From: Branchiostoma belcheri
Taxonomy: Eukaryota
Direction of reading: 5' to 3'
Length of the DNA stretch: 64,000 nucleotides
NCBI RefSeq assembly: GCF_001625305.1
Contig: NW_017804120.1
Coordinates: 291,553 to 355,552, forward strand
The notes beneath the pieces are model-generated. The model saw only the letters and a program-made list of their open reading frames with translations. It was not told where the DNA came from and ran no database searches. A program made the position numbers and the translations under genes. Of this stretch, positions 49,209-61,000 are shown piece by piece. Within the stretch, counting starts at the first letter, position 1. Each line of letters begins with the position of its first letter.

Positions 49209-50368
49209 ATCATTATAACTTTGTTGCAAATCTGTGACCGAAGGGCTAATTTTTTCTGTCAAAGCAAAGTTCAATGTTTTACAAAGTTTAACGTGACTAA
49301 TATGTTTAATACATGGGACAGTCCTTTACAGTAAATTACATTGTATGTATTGTTTTTAAATCTTATTTCATACTAGGGGCCGACTATTCATTACAATGAA
49401 TAATTTCTGATCTTATTTGTTTTTAAATCATAATTTTTATGTGAATACTGATCAGATGTAAAGTGTCAGAGCAATTAAGGATCCCTTTGGGAGCCCCGCC
49501 ATACTGTCACTGTTTTTAAAAGAGGAAATAATTATTATTTTTATTATTATAATTTTAAGTGTAAATAAGATACCTTCAATTCAACCAGTGCTACTTTTAC
49601 TATAATGAAAGTTGACCTGTGTTTGGTTTTTACATTGTTTAAAGACACAAGGAATTGTTTTCACCAATAGAGATTTTGACCAGTCAATAGAGAGAACTTT
49701 ATTGCACGACAATTGCGCAAGGTACAATGTATGGCAAACTACATAAAGTGGGTAACAAACAATAAAATAAATGTGTTGAATAAGACCTAATGTCGAATAA
49801 AACCTAACATATCTTTATTATTAAAACAATAAGGGATAGAACAAGTCTTTGATAAAGTGTTACAATCGAGTGGGCTAATCACAAGGTTCTGTATTTTTTC
49901 TAATAACAAAGCATTCCTTTATATATGTATTACTTATTTTGGGGAACCATTGCATGCAAAGATATATTCAAATCTGTCTCCCACATCGAGACTTTTGAAA
50001 TCTGTTGTACTTGATTCGAGAAATGTAAATAGGTTGTTACGCATAACATAGGCTGACCCAGTGAGACTTGTCACGTGGCTTGCTTGATGTGTGATATTGA
50101 CACTGGGTCCCTTTTAGTACTACTTTTTATCTCTTTTCTGTAAAAGTATGGAATTAGCCTGGGTGCCAGGGTTGCCGTTACAAATCGGATGGCACCCAGG
50201 CTACTATGGAATATGATTTAATGATTAATATTTTTAAAGAGATATACTTGTACATGTTGGAAAGTGTAAGCAGGAAGAAAGTTGCTTGTACAATGTAGGC
50301 TGTAAGATTTATAACGTTTGGGGAAAATTTTGGATCTGTATATATTTGGTGGCAACATTATGTGATAA

Positions 50369-50733
50369 GGCCACACCAAGTAATTTTTATGGATGACGTC
50401 CTCTAGAGACCCTAAATATAATGCTAGAGCGCGAAAAAAGAACGGCTAAAAAAAGCAAAAGATACCTAGTTTTGAAATATAACAAGAGGTGACAAATGTT
50501 AGGAGACAAATTGAACAAGAGAACACAGAGTAACAACCAACAAGTCTTTTATTCATCATAAAAACAGCAATAAATAGATCTTCGAACCTTGTGATTTGTG
50601 AATCTGTCGTATACAGTACATGTACACAATCTTTGGTCATAGTTACAAGAAGCGGAATTTACTTTTTTTTCTGGATACAGGCCAAAATCAATGCACGCGT
50701 GGACGTCATCCATAAAATTTACTTGGTGTGGCC
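50369..50733 (-). mobile_element. MITE family C copy (variant) in reverse orientation.
   Basis: Both C TIRs present. The body matches the C right half. Confidence 0.7.
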
Positions 50734-51182
50734 TGATATTCCACTGCTAAAATGTCCATTCGATCAGGGATCATAAAAAGACTGGCCTTTTGCACATTGT
50801 AATAAAGTTGAAATAAATAAATAAATGTTCAGATGCCAATATTAAGTTTCTTTTTGGGTGATTTTCCTTGGTGTTGTAAAACTGAATGTTTCATATCTTT
50901 TATTACAATCATTTTAAAAAATCATGGCATCCTGATATGAAAATGTATACATCAGATTTTTTGTGATGTTCAGAACATTTCTCTTTCTACTTGTACTAGC
51001 ATGTGGAATTAAAAAGATTATTGTTCAAATGATCATGTTGGGCTAAATTTAATTGCACAGTGCTATAACTGTATTGAATGGTTAGCTAAAACGATCAGAT
51101 GCAACCCTGGTAGTAACGTAACACTCAGCTACACAAGCAGTTTTTTTCCTCAAGGAAATATAATGTGTGTCAATATCAACAA

Positions 51183-51340
51183 AAGTTCAGCACCAAGGAC
51201 AGGTTTGCCTGTGTGTGTGGTGTTCAGCACCAAGGACAGGTTTACCTGTGTGTGGAAGGTGTTCAGCACCAAGGACAGGTTTGCCTGTGTGTGTGGTGTT
51301 CAGCACCAAGGACAGGTTTACCTGTGTGTGGAAGGTGTTG
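51183..51340. repeat. 39-bp minisatellite, about 4 units. This is the left part of an array that was split by insertions.
   Basis: Unit gttcagcaccaaggacaggtttgcctgtgtgtggaaggt. Same unit as the array at 52492-52965. Confidence 0.8.
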
Positions 51341-51462
51341 TCCTTGGTGCTGAAATGTATGTTACAATTATGTTTTGTGATACAACAAATATGTGAAGGG
51401 ACTGAAGGAGATAACACTCTATTACAACAAGCTGAAATATGTTTGCCATTGTGCAAGGCTTA

Positions 51463-51906
51463 GGCCACATCAATTTAATTTGTTGGTTCTCGGATTCGCC
51501 TCTTCATTTTTTTCTGATTTTCAAAAAAAAAAGATTTTGGTTCTGAATCAACTCAAAAATGCTCATATTTTGCCCCAACAGTTGAGGGAACTCCCTTTCT
51601 TCCTAGTTGTTACAGTTTCTGTAGTAGTAGTAAATGGTTTATTGATACACAAGGAACAAATCGGCCTTGCAGCAATAGCTGAATTGCGCTGAAGTTGACA
51701 ATTATCAAGTTCAGTAAAACTTATATTTCTGATATTTCCATTTATCAATGCAGTGGTTTCAATAAAAGTTCAAATTTATTATTTAAATATTAGCCCATCC
51801 TTTTGTGTTGACTTCATGGCTCCTACTATAGCATTTTGAGCTATAATAGGATGCCTAGACCTGGTTTTATTTTTAATTTTTTTCGCCCTGTCTCTTCATA
51901 TTTTTG
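51463..51906 (+). mobile_element. MITE A' copy with an internal roughly 120-bp insertion. The 3' end is truncated next to a SINE.
   Basis: The left TIR and body match 36856-37217. The right TIR is missing and the sequence switches to a tRNA-SINE head at about 51938. Confidence 0.6.
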
Positions 51907-51937
51907 ACAAAGTATGGACCAAGGTCGTGTTATGTGG

Positions 51938-52490
51938 GGTCGTGTGGCGCAGTCGGTAGCGCGTTCGGCTCACACCTCAGAGGTTGCGGGTTCGAACCCC
52001 ACCTTGTGCACCGATCTTGTGCCCTTGGGAAAGGCACTTTACACGACTTTCGTCACTTCACTCAGGTGTAAAATGAGTACCTAGCTTCGGTTAGGGACGT
52101 CCCTCAGATAGGACGTAAACTGGAGGTCCCGTGTTTGAGGAGAGCCACACCTCGAGCACGTTAAAGATCCCACCACAACTTTCGAAAAAGAGTAGGGGCA
52201 TGCCCCGGTGTGCGATGGTCCAAACACTACTGTACGGAGTTGGTGATTCACTTCAAATCACCCGGACAGAGGCCTGGCGACCTCCGTCTTGTATAAGCCA
52301 CATGGTGATTTACATCATTCACCCGGACGGAGGCCTGGCGAACCCCGTCTGTATCAGCCAAATCTTGGAGAGGAGATACGCGCCGCCAAGATTATACGCC
52401 TACTGAAACATCATGGCGCAAGTCCAGACATGCTGCTGGCTGCCATGATGCCCCTACGACCGTTCACGGTTATGGGTCTACATACATACA
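51938..52490 (+). mobile_element. tRNA-derived SINE, about 550 bp, with a (CATA)n tail. It is inserted into a 39-bp minisatellite.
   Basis: Head gtggcgcagtcggtagcgcg...ggttcgaacccc. Core gtgcccttgggaaaggcactttacacgactttcgtcacttcac. The minisatellite resumes immediately after the tail. Confidence 0.65.
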
Positions 52491-52491
52491 T

Positions 52492-52965
52492 ACATGGACC
52501 AAGGACAGGTTAGCGTGTGTGTGGAAGGTGTTCAGCACCAAGGACAGGTTTGCCTGCGTGTGGAAGGTGTTCAGCACCAAGGACAGGTTTGCTAGTCTGT
52601 GGAAGGTGTTCAGCACCAAGGACAGGTTTGCTAGTGTGTGGAAGGTGTTCAGCACCAAGGACAGGTTTGCTAGTCTGTGGAAGGTGTTCAGCACCAAGGA
52701 CAGGTTTGCCTGTGTGTGGAAGGTGTTCAGCACCAAGGACAGGTTTGCCTGTGTGTGGATGGTGTTAAGCACCAAGGACAGGTTTGCCTGTGTGTGTGGA
52801 AGGTGTTCAGCACCAAGGACAGGTTTGCTAGTGTGTGGAAGGTGTTCAGCACCAAGGACAGGTTTGCCTGTGTGTGGAAGGTGTTCAGCACCAAGGGCAG
52901 GTTTGCCTGTGTGTGTGGAAGGTGTTCAGCACCAAAGACAGGTTTGCCTGTGTGTGGAAGGTGTT
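52492..52965. repeat. 39-bp minisatellite, about 12 units.
   Basis: Unit aaggacaggtttgcctgtgtgtggaaggtgttcagcacc. ORFs 52517..52768, 52519..53073 and 52677..53000 are artefacts. Confidence 0.85.
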
Positions 52966-53924
52966 TATTCTACCACGGAATCAAGTCCCCGAAAAAATGA
53001 ATTTACAGTTAATAGGAAAATTGGGCAAGAGTGTTATGTTTCATACTGTGGCCACATAACAGCTTATTCTTGAAAACGCTTATTTGTGATGATAGAAATA
53101 CGAATTTAAAGGTGCCCTGTAGCTCCATTTTTATCCATTTTTTTACTGAGATTCACATTAACGTTAGTATTCTTCGTAATTAGATAAATTAAATCTAATC
53201 ACCCTTCTTCTACGCATATAAGTGTCTGCCACCGAAACGGGCCGTCATTGGTCGTCATACTTATTAGATTATCAACTTGACATTAATTATGCAGGGTCTT
53301 TCTGCACACCTGTGTATGTTCCGTTTGGTATAGTCCATTCAAAATGGCGCTTTCGTACGACGGGGATACTCAGGGCTGATTTTTTTTTTACAAATTTCTG
53401 GGAACTTTTCAGGCGTTTTCGTCCGTAGAATGTCTTAGTAAGTGTGCATCAGAATGTATGGGAGTTTCGCTGTGGATTTGTGCCGTTCTGGTGATGTTTT
53501 GAGGAGAAAATGCGGATTTCCTGACCTGACGAATGTTGGAGAGGACAAAAATGGCGAGGCAGTTTGGAAGAGTAGCGTGGTATGGAGACGACTTCGCGCA
53601 TTGTTTCAGGTAAACCAGTACATTGTTTCGCTGACATTATTCCATAGCAACTAGTACGAACATGTCAAGTTATATTCCGTAAGAAATCACCTATTTCTGT
53701 ATTAGGGAGCGACCGTTCCTAATTTTACACAGGCTTAGAAAAGTCTTTCTTCTTCTTCTAAAATCTAGAAAAGTTGCCGCGTTTTCAACTACATTTTCAT
53801 TGTGTGGTGCGCTTGTAGAGTCTTAAATGCATTGTTCATGTCTTTTTAGTCAATTGTTCAGCGTTTTGAGGTTATATTTGTTGAAAGAAATTGTGTATCG
53901 ACCAAACATTTTTCTTTATCTCCA

Positions 53925-54462
53925 CGTGTTTATGTGAAGTCACCCAAACCGCGATTCAGGTAACTCACATTCCTCACATCTGGTCCACGTGCCATACATT
54001 CCTTTTAAAACGTGCCCGATCACGATTTTCCGAAACTACATTCATTGTTGTTTGATGAAAACACGCTAGGTAGCGTGTCATTATTGTCAGAGGTCAACGA
54101 CCTGTTTTCTGGTTCCCCCCTCCCAACGAATGCCGACGTGGTCCCGCCAGAGGCGGTGAAGCTCATCCTAGAACAGACACATTATTTGACCATTAGTACT
54201 CTTTAAGTTGCTGGCACGTAAAATTTGGTATTGCATATAAATAAATACATGTATCTCCCCGTAATCCATGACCAGGCGAAGTCACATTGAAATCACATTG
54301 CGTTCAGACGCAAATCGCGATGCGGGAAAACCGATAACCTCTACAAGTGGTTTGGGATCGAGGTGCTTTTAGTGTGATTTGGAGCGTTCAGATGGAGCCA
54401 CTTGAAACTGGCTTCGGGGTAAACCACATGTAAAGCGCCTTGGGTGACTTCACATAAACATG
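53925..54462. mobile_element. TIR element family H, about 540 bp, with TIR (C)ATGTTTATGTGAAGTCACCCAA.
   Basis: About 22-25-bp inverted termini at 53925-53950 and 54440-54462. Single copy in the window, so confidence is modest. Confidence 0.4.
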
Positions 54463-55320
54463 GCCTTATTGGATGAAATAAATATGGTACATCATGGTTA
54501 ATTTGGTTTATCCTGAATCAAAAGCATTTAGTGAACTTAAAAATTTAATACACATTTAAGCTACTTAAAGAATCAAAACGTTTAATATCAAACCTATAAT
54601 TTAAAACAAAATTGAAGTGAATGAGTCTCTCATGGCCTCTTTTAACAATTGTAACATAACACAACTTTAGATGTATATTTTATTTACAGTTTATTAAAAT
54701 GTAGTCATTGACAAGTAGTATTGGGTTGTAGACACTCCCAACTCAAAATTGACACTGTTGAAGTTGACAAGAGACAAAATGATTATTCTACATACTAAGC
54801 TACGTAAAGAATCTTGATTCTTCACACTACATGACATTTTGTGTTACATTTTTAAGGGAAAAAAATAATTGCAAAAGTTGTTCCTGGAAATTTTTGAGTG
54901 AGAAGCTTTTATTGTGAAACAGTTTGTAACAATTTTACAGATGTTGAATTCAACAATCCATACTGTTCAGGAACAGTCACAGTAACAGTTACTTTTCTTA
55001 CTATAATCATTTTTTTTTCAAAATGAATGTGATTTTGAACAAGTAATATCAACTTAAGTTTTCATTTAGAAGCTGTAATATTGTAACAATTGTTTCAACT
55101 ATTTCTTAACCTTTTTATTAAGGATGATGCCACAGATGTATTTTGGAAAGATTAACTTTAATAGTTGTTCCAACTTTTAATGATTGCCCTACAAAGAACA
55201 GGTAAAGAGCGTTGTCATTCTGTGTAAAGTATAAAATGCAGAAGCATGGACTATCTCAGTCTGGAACTCTAATGGCAGATCAATGTACTGTAGAAAGTAT
55301 ATAAGATGTAAAGTTTCATA

Positions 55321-55731
55321 AGGCCACAGCAAAAAAAATTCATGGATGACATCCTCCCAGACTCCAAATCTAATGCGAGCGAGCTTAAAAAAAACAAGGC
55401 GGGCTGAAAAAACAAGGTTCCTACATTTTAAAAATTTCGGCTCAATCATTGTACAGTCAAATGGTTTTGATTCAATGGGAACGTCACATATACACAGCCA
55501 ACATCACATATCACTGCATCAAAGTAAAAAAACATAATGATAAAGAGCCTTTTCTTGTCTCCTCTCATCACATTTATCTGCCATCCAACTTCCAGCATGG
55601 CACCAAACATCTTTGTCCATTTTCGGCATGGTGACCACCGTCAGAAGGCAATCAAATTTCTTTTTTTTTCCTAAATCAGCGATAATTAATGCGCATGCTG
55701 ATGTCATCCATAAAAATTACTTGCTGTGGCC
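55321..55731 (-). mobile_element. C'-like MITE.
   Basis: TIRs ggccacagcaaaaaaaattcatggatgacatc / gatgtcatccataaaaattacttgctgtggcc. Confidence 0.65.
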
Positions 55732-56067
55732 TTATAAAGGCATCGATGCTGAGCTTAAGAAATGAGTTGTAGTTTTTCATTTTGTTATGAGTTTTAGTAT
55801 AATTGTAACAATTGTGGTAATAAGAAAACAGTTTGCATTATGCAATCAAAAATCCTAACCAATAATGTAGGGGATAGCTATCCAACTGTTGTTACTTCAT
55901 ATTAAAGTAAATTTTAACTGTTATGTCAATGTTAAGAATTGTTTTTCCTTGTATTTCTCCTTCTTTTCCTGCCATGTCGTGAAATGTGGTCAGAAGCCAT
56001 GCTGAATTTGCTCCAAAGCAAATGTCGGCCTTTCTTAGGTTTCATTTTGAATTTTCATTACTATATA

Positions 56068-56123
56068 CTAGTTGTACATCCCTGGGGGAGGGGGTTTGCT
56101 GTCTTCTGGAGCCTGCTGGAGCT
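56068..56123 (-). CDS. Possible terminal exon of the death-domain gene, encoding (E)LQQAPEDSKPPPPGMYN then TAG.
   Basis: Minus-strand acceptor tttttatgtttcag|ag. The frame is correct given the 1-nt carry from the death-domain exon and reaches a stop after 18 codons. No clear AATAAA seen, so this is weak. Confidence 0.25.
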
Positions 56124-56344
56124 CTGAAACATAAAAATGTAAATAGTGACAATTCACATCCTCACATGCTTTAATCCTCTGGGTTTTCAGTTATTAGGTA
56201 GCTAATGAATATCTTTTTAACATGCCAGCACAGAAAATAAGGCACATGCAGATATCATGAAAACAACTGTTCTATTTTTTAAGTCATTAATGCTCACAGT
56301 GCCTACATGCATATGCATACATGCATATAATATAAGATTTATTA

Positions 56345-56713
56345 GGCCACACCAATTTGATTTCTTGGTTAACAGATTTTTGAAGAAAAATAATGAGCGG
56401 GCGGGCGAAATAAAGGTAAAAACAGGCCTAGGCATCCTATTATGGCCCAAAATGGTACGATAGGAGCCATGAAGTCAACACACCAGGCTGGTTCAAAATT
56501 TGAACAATGAATTTTTAACTTTTAATCATACCACTAGCACTACATTGAAAGATGGAATAACTGTAACAACTAGGAAGAAAAGGACTGTTTTCAACTGTTC
56601 AGGGCAAAATATGAGCATTTTGCAGTTAATTCTGAATTCTTATTTTTATTTGCAAATCAGAAAAAAATGAAGCGGGCGAATCCGTTTAACCAAGAAATTG
56701 AATTGGTGTGGCC
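56345..56713 (-). mobile_element. MITE family A, copy 5, in reverse orientation.
   Basis: Reverse complement of the family A consensus. TTA flanks. Confidence 0.75.
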
Positions 56714-56734
56714 TTATCAGTGTTTAACTAATAA

Positions 56735-57122
56735 GGCCATGTTGATTTGATTATATGGATGACATCCTCCGGGAGCCCCAAAATTGATGCGCGCGTGCGA
56801 ATAAAAAAAAAGTTTTGCAAAAAAAAAGTTGTTTTCATTATGAAATCTACGTGGTCATGAGGGTTGAACAAATGGGACAGAATATGGTTTGGCGAATAAT
56901 CTAGTCTTCAAGTTCATTTCTTTACAATTTTGTCTTTTTCCGTTTGATTTTGGCATTCTACGACATTGGTATGGTTTTTTGTAACTTACGGTATGTTTTT
57001 GCTCATTTTGCAACCGTTTTGTACAATTTACAGTATGGTTGAAAACTTTTTTTTTTTGGAAACGGCCGAAAATTCATGTGCGCGCGGATCGATGTCATCC
57101 ATATTATCAAATCAACATGGCC
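56735..57122 (+). mobile_element. MITE family E. TIR is GGCCATGTTGATTTGATTATATGGATGACATC.
   Basis: About 32-bp TIRs, TAA flanks. Shares the GGCCA terminus and ATGGATGAC motif with family C. Lies directly upstream (on the minus strand, inside the intron) of the death-domain exon. Confidence 0.7.
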
Positions 57123-57209
57123 TAATTGTATGTAATATATGCCACATGGAGACTTAAATGCTGCCGCGGTCTTTTGGAATTCATAAAAAAGGACAAAAAA
57201 AACTGTTAC

Positions 57210-57467
57210 CTGGAAACCTACTCTGTAGCTCGTGTAGTGCCTTCAGAAGCTGTAGCTCATTCAGAGCTGCCATGATCTGCCATATAGCATAGCGGCCTGG
57301 AGTTCTACTTCTGAACACTTGTAGCATGTCCTGGCAGCAAGACCTGTAGTCCTTGTTTCTCCCATCAATGTTTTTGATGTCCTCCCAGCTCAGTCCTAGC
57401 TTCAAAGCCAGATCCTTCCACTCATCTGTCACATGTTCAGTGATACAGAGGGTGTACTGGTTGAAAT
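57210..57467 (-). CDS. Coding exon encoding a complete death domain: (D)FNQYTLCITEHVTDEWKDLALKLGLSWEDIKNIDGRNKDYRSCCQDMLQVFRSRTPGRYAIWQIMAALNELQLLKALHELQSRFP.
   Basis: Minus-strand acceptor ttcttcttccag|at and donor ccag|gtaacag; 258 nt. The W-x-x-LA-x-x-LGLS-x-x-I...ML-x-x-W...A-x-x-x-L-x-x-AL pattern is the death-domain helix 1-6 signature. The open frame is also in the ORF track (57181..57525). Confidence 0.7.
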
Positions 57468-58376
57468 CTGGAAGAAGAAAAATTTGCAGTGAGACACATG
57501 ACTTTGTATTAACTAGTGCACACACAAAACCAACAAGAGTTCCACGATCTCATACCTTCGTCAATTGATGTTAACCCTTGCGGGTGACGAATTATACAAT
57601 TTTAATCATTGATTTTGTAAATAAAAGCCTCATTTGCATGGATTGTATCAGTTGATCATATTCTCTATCCAATGACAACCTTATCATAACAAAAAGGCTA
57701 TTATAGCAATTCCTCATAAATTATGCAAATGAGGTCATGATTTGAATAAATTATGTTTATTGATGTTCACCTTCACTTAACTTCTAAATGTGGCAAGTAT
57801 GAAATTCGGGGTGCAGCAGTTACAACTATGGAATTATAAGAATTTGCCATTAATTTTGCAAATTAGGTCCTCATTTACATAATCTATATCCTCAGATGTT
57901 TTTCTCGTTCTCAAGTAGATGTCACAAGTGTTTCATAGTTCTATTATCGAACAAAGCAGATTTATAGATTTCCTCATTAATTATGCAAATTAGCTCCTGA
58001 TTTGCATAATTGCCATCTGCTTATATCAAGCATCACTTCAACTACCTACATACCAAAAATCACAACAATACGTCAACCGTTTCTTGAGTTATCGTCCTTC
58101 AAATTTTTTCAACAAATGCTCCTGCAGTTCCAGAACAAGGCGCTAGGGGACCCAAACTCATGTCACTTTTTCCCTACCCCAAGAGCTATCTACCAACCAA
58201 AATTCGTGACCCTAGCATGTCCAGAACATGAGATATCAAAACCGGAAGTTCAGCTGCAGTACCTAGGAAAGCCGCCAGAGGGCCCAAAATCTAATCATTT
58301 CTAGGTCTCATGAAGAACTACCCTCCTACCAAGTTTCATTCCAATCCATCCACTGCTTCTCGAGTTATCTTGCTAA

Positions 58377-58836
58377 GGCCACACCAAGTAAATTTTATGG
58401 ATGACGTCCTTTGAAGTCACCCTAAATCTAATGCGAGAGGGCGAATAAAAAACAAGAAGGGCCCTAAAAAACAAGATGCCTAGATTAGAAATATACTAAG
58501 AGATGACAAATGTTAGGACACAAATTGAATGAGGTGACACAGTGTAACAAGCAAGGAGTCTTTTATTCATCATCAAAACAGCAATAAATCAGGTGGAACA
58601 GCAGTTGTCATCCTGTCATGTTTTTTTTCATTACATTTTTGCAGGCCTGCAGAAACAAAGCATGTGCTCTTTACTCATTTCGCGTTACGGGTTTCACGTC
58701 AATCTAACGATTTGCGGCACTGTTGTGACTCTTTGGTCATAGTTACAGGAAGAGGAATTTCTTGTTTTTTTTTCTAGGAACAGGCCAAAATCAATGCGCG
58801 CGCGGACGTCATCCATAAAATTTTCTTGGTGTGGCC
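58377..58836 (-). mobile_element. MITE family C copy nested inside the family F element 57536-58926.
   Basis: Both C TIRs with TAA/TAA flanks. It interrupts the F sequence just before F's (CA)n tail. Confidence 0.75.
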
Positions 58837-58838
58837 TA

Positions 58839-58847
58839 AACCACACA

Positions 58848-58886
<39 letters not shown>
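58839..58886. repeat. (CA)n microsatellite at the end of the family F element. A CA-rich stretch continues to about 59060.
   Basis: Read directly. Confidence 0.9.
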
Positions 58887-58887
<1 letters not shown>

Positions 58888-59189
58888 TGCTACTGAAAAC
58901 ATATTATCCTTCTTGGCAAAGGTAACAATGTACTTTTAATTAACCATCAATATAGCTCTAGATCTGCTTCTTCTCCCAATAAATTGATGCAAACACAGTC
59001 ACACACAAACACACAAAAACACATTCATACGCACACACACAAATTCACCCCCACTGCACCTCACACAAACACAAATTAATGAAAATGACATTAATGCCAA
59101 TCAATCAAACACACCACAGAATTTGATACTAAATTTGAAGAAAATTACAAATTGATTTGGAAATAAAAAGAAGAAGAAAAATCTGTTAC

Positions 59190-59223
59190 CTTGATCCCCA
59201 GTTTGGTCATCATCATCAGCCAT
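59190..59223 (-). CDS. First coding exon of a minus-strand death-domain gene, encoding MADDDDQTGDQ plus a 1-nt carry. The exon body likely spans 59190-59285 and includes 5' UTR.
   Basis: Minus strand reads caacATGGCTGATGATGATGACCAAACTGGGGATCAAG|gtaacag. Good Kozak context, in-frame upstream TAA, and an upstream minus-strand acceptor (aaaacag|cc) at about 59285. The 1-nt carry g plus the next exon's at gives GAT, in frame with the death-domain exon. Confidence 0.45.
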
Positions 59224-59839
59224 GTTGAGTTATACACAGTAGACAACGTGCAGTCCACCAACAGTTCTGGGGGCATAGGCCAAGGCTGTTTTTGACATGA
59301 GTAAATTAAATACATGTTTTACATCTAGGGAATTTTGCATGAATTTGTGTGCTGAAATTTCTACAAAATAATGACCCTTCTGTAAAATGTTGGATTTTCA
59401 ATAATTTGTTGCAGAAAGAATGACCGAATATCGACCAAAAATGTAAAACTTTACAGGAAGTGCTGTACTGTGTAATGACAAAGCAAAAACTATGTTCAAC
59501 CATATTTGATAGTAGCAGTTTCCGTGTTGGCAGAGAAAATTATTATAAATACTTAGTTCTTTGTTGTGTCTTGTATCTTGATCCTGGGGTGTTTCAGCTA
59601 TCAATGAAAAGGGGGAAATTCCTTAAGTTTGAACACTTGCATACTCACCTTTCAAAATGGCGGCTTCTTACATGCGGCTCCCTGTGAACCTTAGTTGACC
59701 CCTTCAGGTATGTCTTGACGTCATGGCTAAAGCCAGGTATGTCGGGAAACTTAAACTCACCTTTGTACTGTTGTTAGTAAAACATGGGGTCCATTGTAGT
59801 GTTACCTTGAGTTCTTAAACACCATGTCTTTGTCTTAAG

Positions 59840-61000
59840 TTAGGTGGCTGTTGACTGATGCAGTAGTGGTGAATTCTTCGTAAACCTGACAAGAGAAGAT
59901 TGGACCAGCCCAGGTGATTTGAAGACCGAAGATGACTCTCAGGTGAGAAAAATCTGAATTCTGCATTCAACCTACTATTTACTTTCAAATTGTTATTTGA
60001 GACAAGTGTGTAACTTGTAATGTCTGTATAGTTAGGTGGCTGTTGACTGATGCAGTAGTGGTGAATTCTTCGTAAACCTGACAAGAGAAGATTGGACCAG
60101 ACCAGATGATTTGAAGACCAGAGATGACTCTCAGGTGCATGAGAAAAATCTGAATTTTGCATTCAACCTACTATTTACTTTGTTATTTGAGACAAGTGTG
60201 TGACTTCTAATGTTTTTATAGTTAGGTGGCTGCTGACTGAGTATTGAAGACTACTGTCTGAACTTGACAAGACAGATTTGACCAGACCAGATGATTTGAA
60301 GACCCAAGAGGAATATCAGGTGAGAAAAATCCCAATTCTGCATTTTCTATTTGATGTTATTTGAGACAAGTGTGTAACTTCTAATGTTTGTACCTGGTGG
60401 CTGTTGACTGATGCAGTAGTGGTGAATTCTTCGTAAACCTGACGAGAAGATTGGACCAGACCAGGTGATTTGAAGATTGAAGATGACTCTCAGGTGAGAA
60501 AAATCTGAATTCTGCATTCAACCTACTATTTACTTTGTTATTTGGGACAAGTGTGTAACTTCTAATGTTTTTATAGTTAGGTGACGACTTTTATAGTGAT
60601 GACTCTTGTCTGAACCTGACAAGACAGATTTGACCAGACCAGATAATTTGAAGACCCAAGAGGAATATCGGGTAAGAAAAATCCCAATTCTGCATTTTCT
60701 ATTTGATATTATTTGAGACAAGCGTGTAACTTCTTATGTTTGTACCTGGTGGCTGTTGACTGATGCAGTAGTGGTGAATTCTTCATAAACCTGACAAGAG
60801 AAGATTGGACCAGACCAGGTGATTTGAAGACCGAAGATGACTCTCAGGTGAGAAAAATCTGAATTTTGCATTCAACCTACTATTTACTTTGTTATTTGAG
60901 ACAAGTGTGTAACGTCTAATGTCTGTATAGTTAGGTGGCTGCTGACTGATGCAGTAGTGAAGACTGTCTGATCCTGACATGAGAAGATTGGACCAGATCG
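59840..61000 (+). repeat. Tandem array of about 6 roughly 185-bp units, alternating between two variants. Each unit has the form ag|TTAGGTGGCTG...(ATGACTCTC)AG|gtgag, so it resembles an exon.
   Basis: The unit recurs at about 59840, 60030, 60220, 60400, 60570, 60740 and 60930. It contains an AG acceptor, an internal ATG in the A-type units, and a GTGAG donor. Confidence 0.7.

Larger units (their letters stand above)
57536..58926 (-). mobile_element. Family F element carrying a nested C MITE at 58377-58836. It lies in the first intron of the minus-strand death-domain gene.
   Basis: Both F ends present. The body is colinear with 15340-16272 apart from the C insertion. (CA)n tail at 58839-58886. 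Confidence 0.65.

Noticed and set aside
52519-53073. 184-aa plus-strand ORF and overlapping ORFs with periodic sequence (WKVFSTKDRFACV…, CGRCSAPRTGLPV…).
   Set aside because: They are translations of the 39-bp minisatellite in all three frames.
57181-57525. Treating the ORF-track entry starting MCALVNTK… as a full-length CDS with that start.
   Set aside because: The track's M at this position corresponds to a GTG codon, because the ORF finder uses bacterial-style alternative starts. The real coding unit is the AG/GT-bounded death-domain exon 57210-57467 that joins to an upstream ATG exon.
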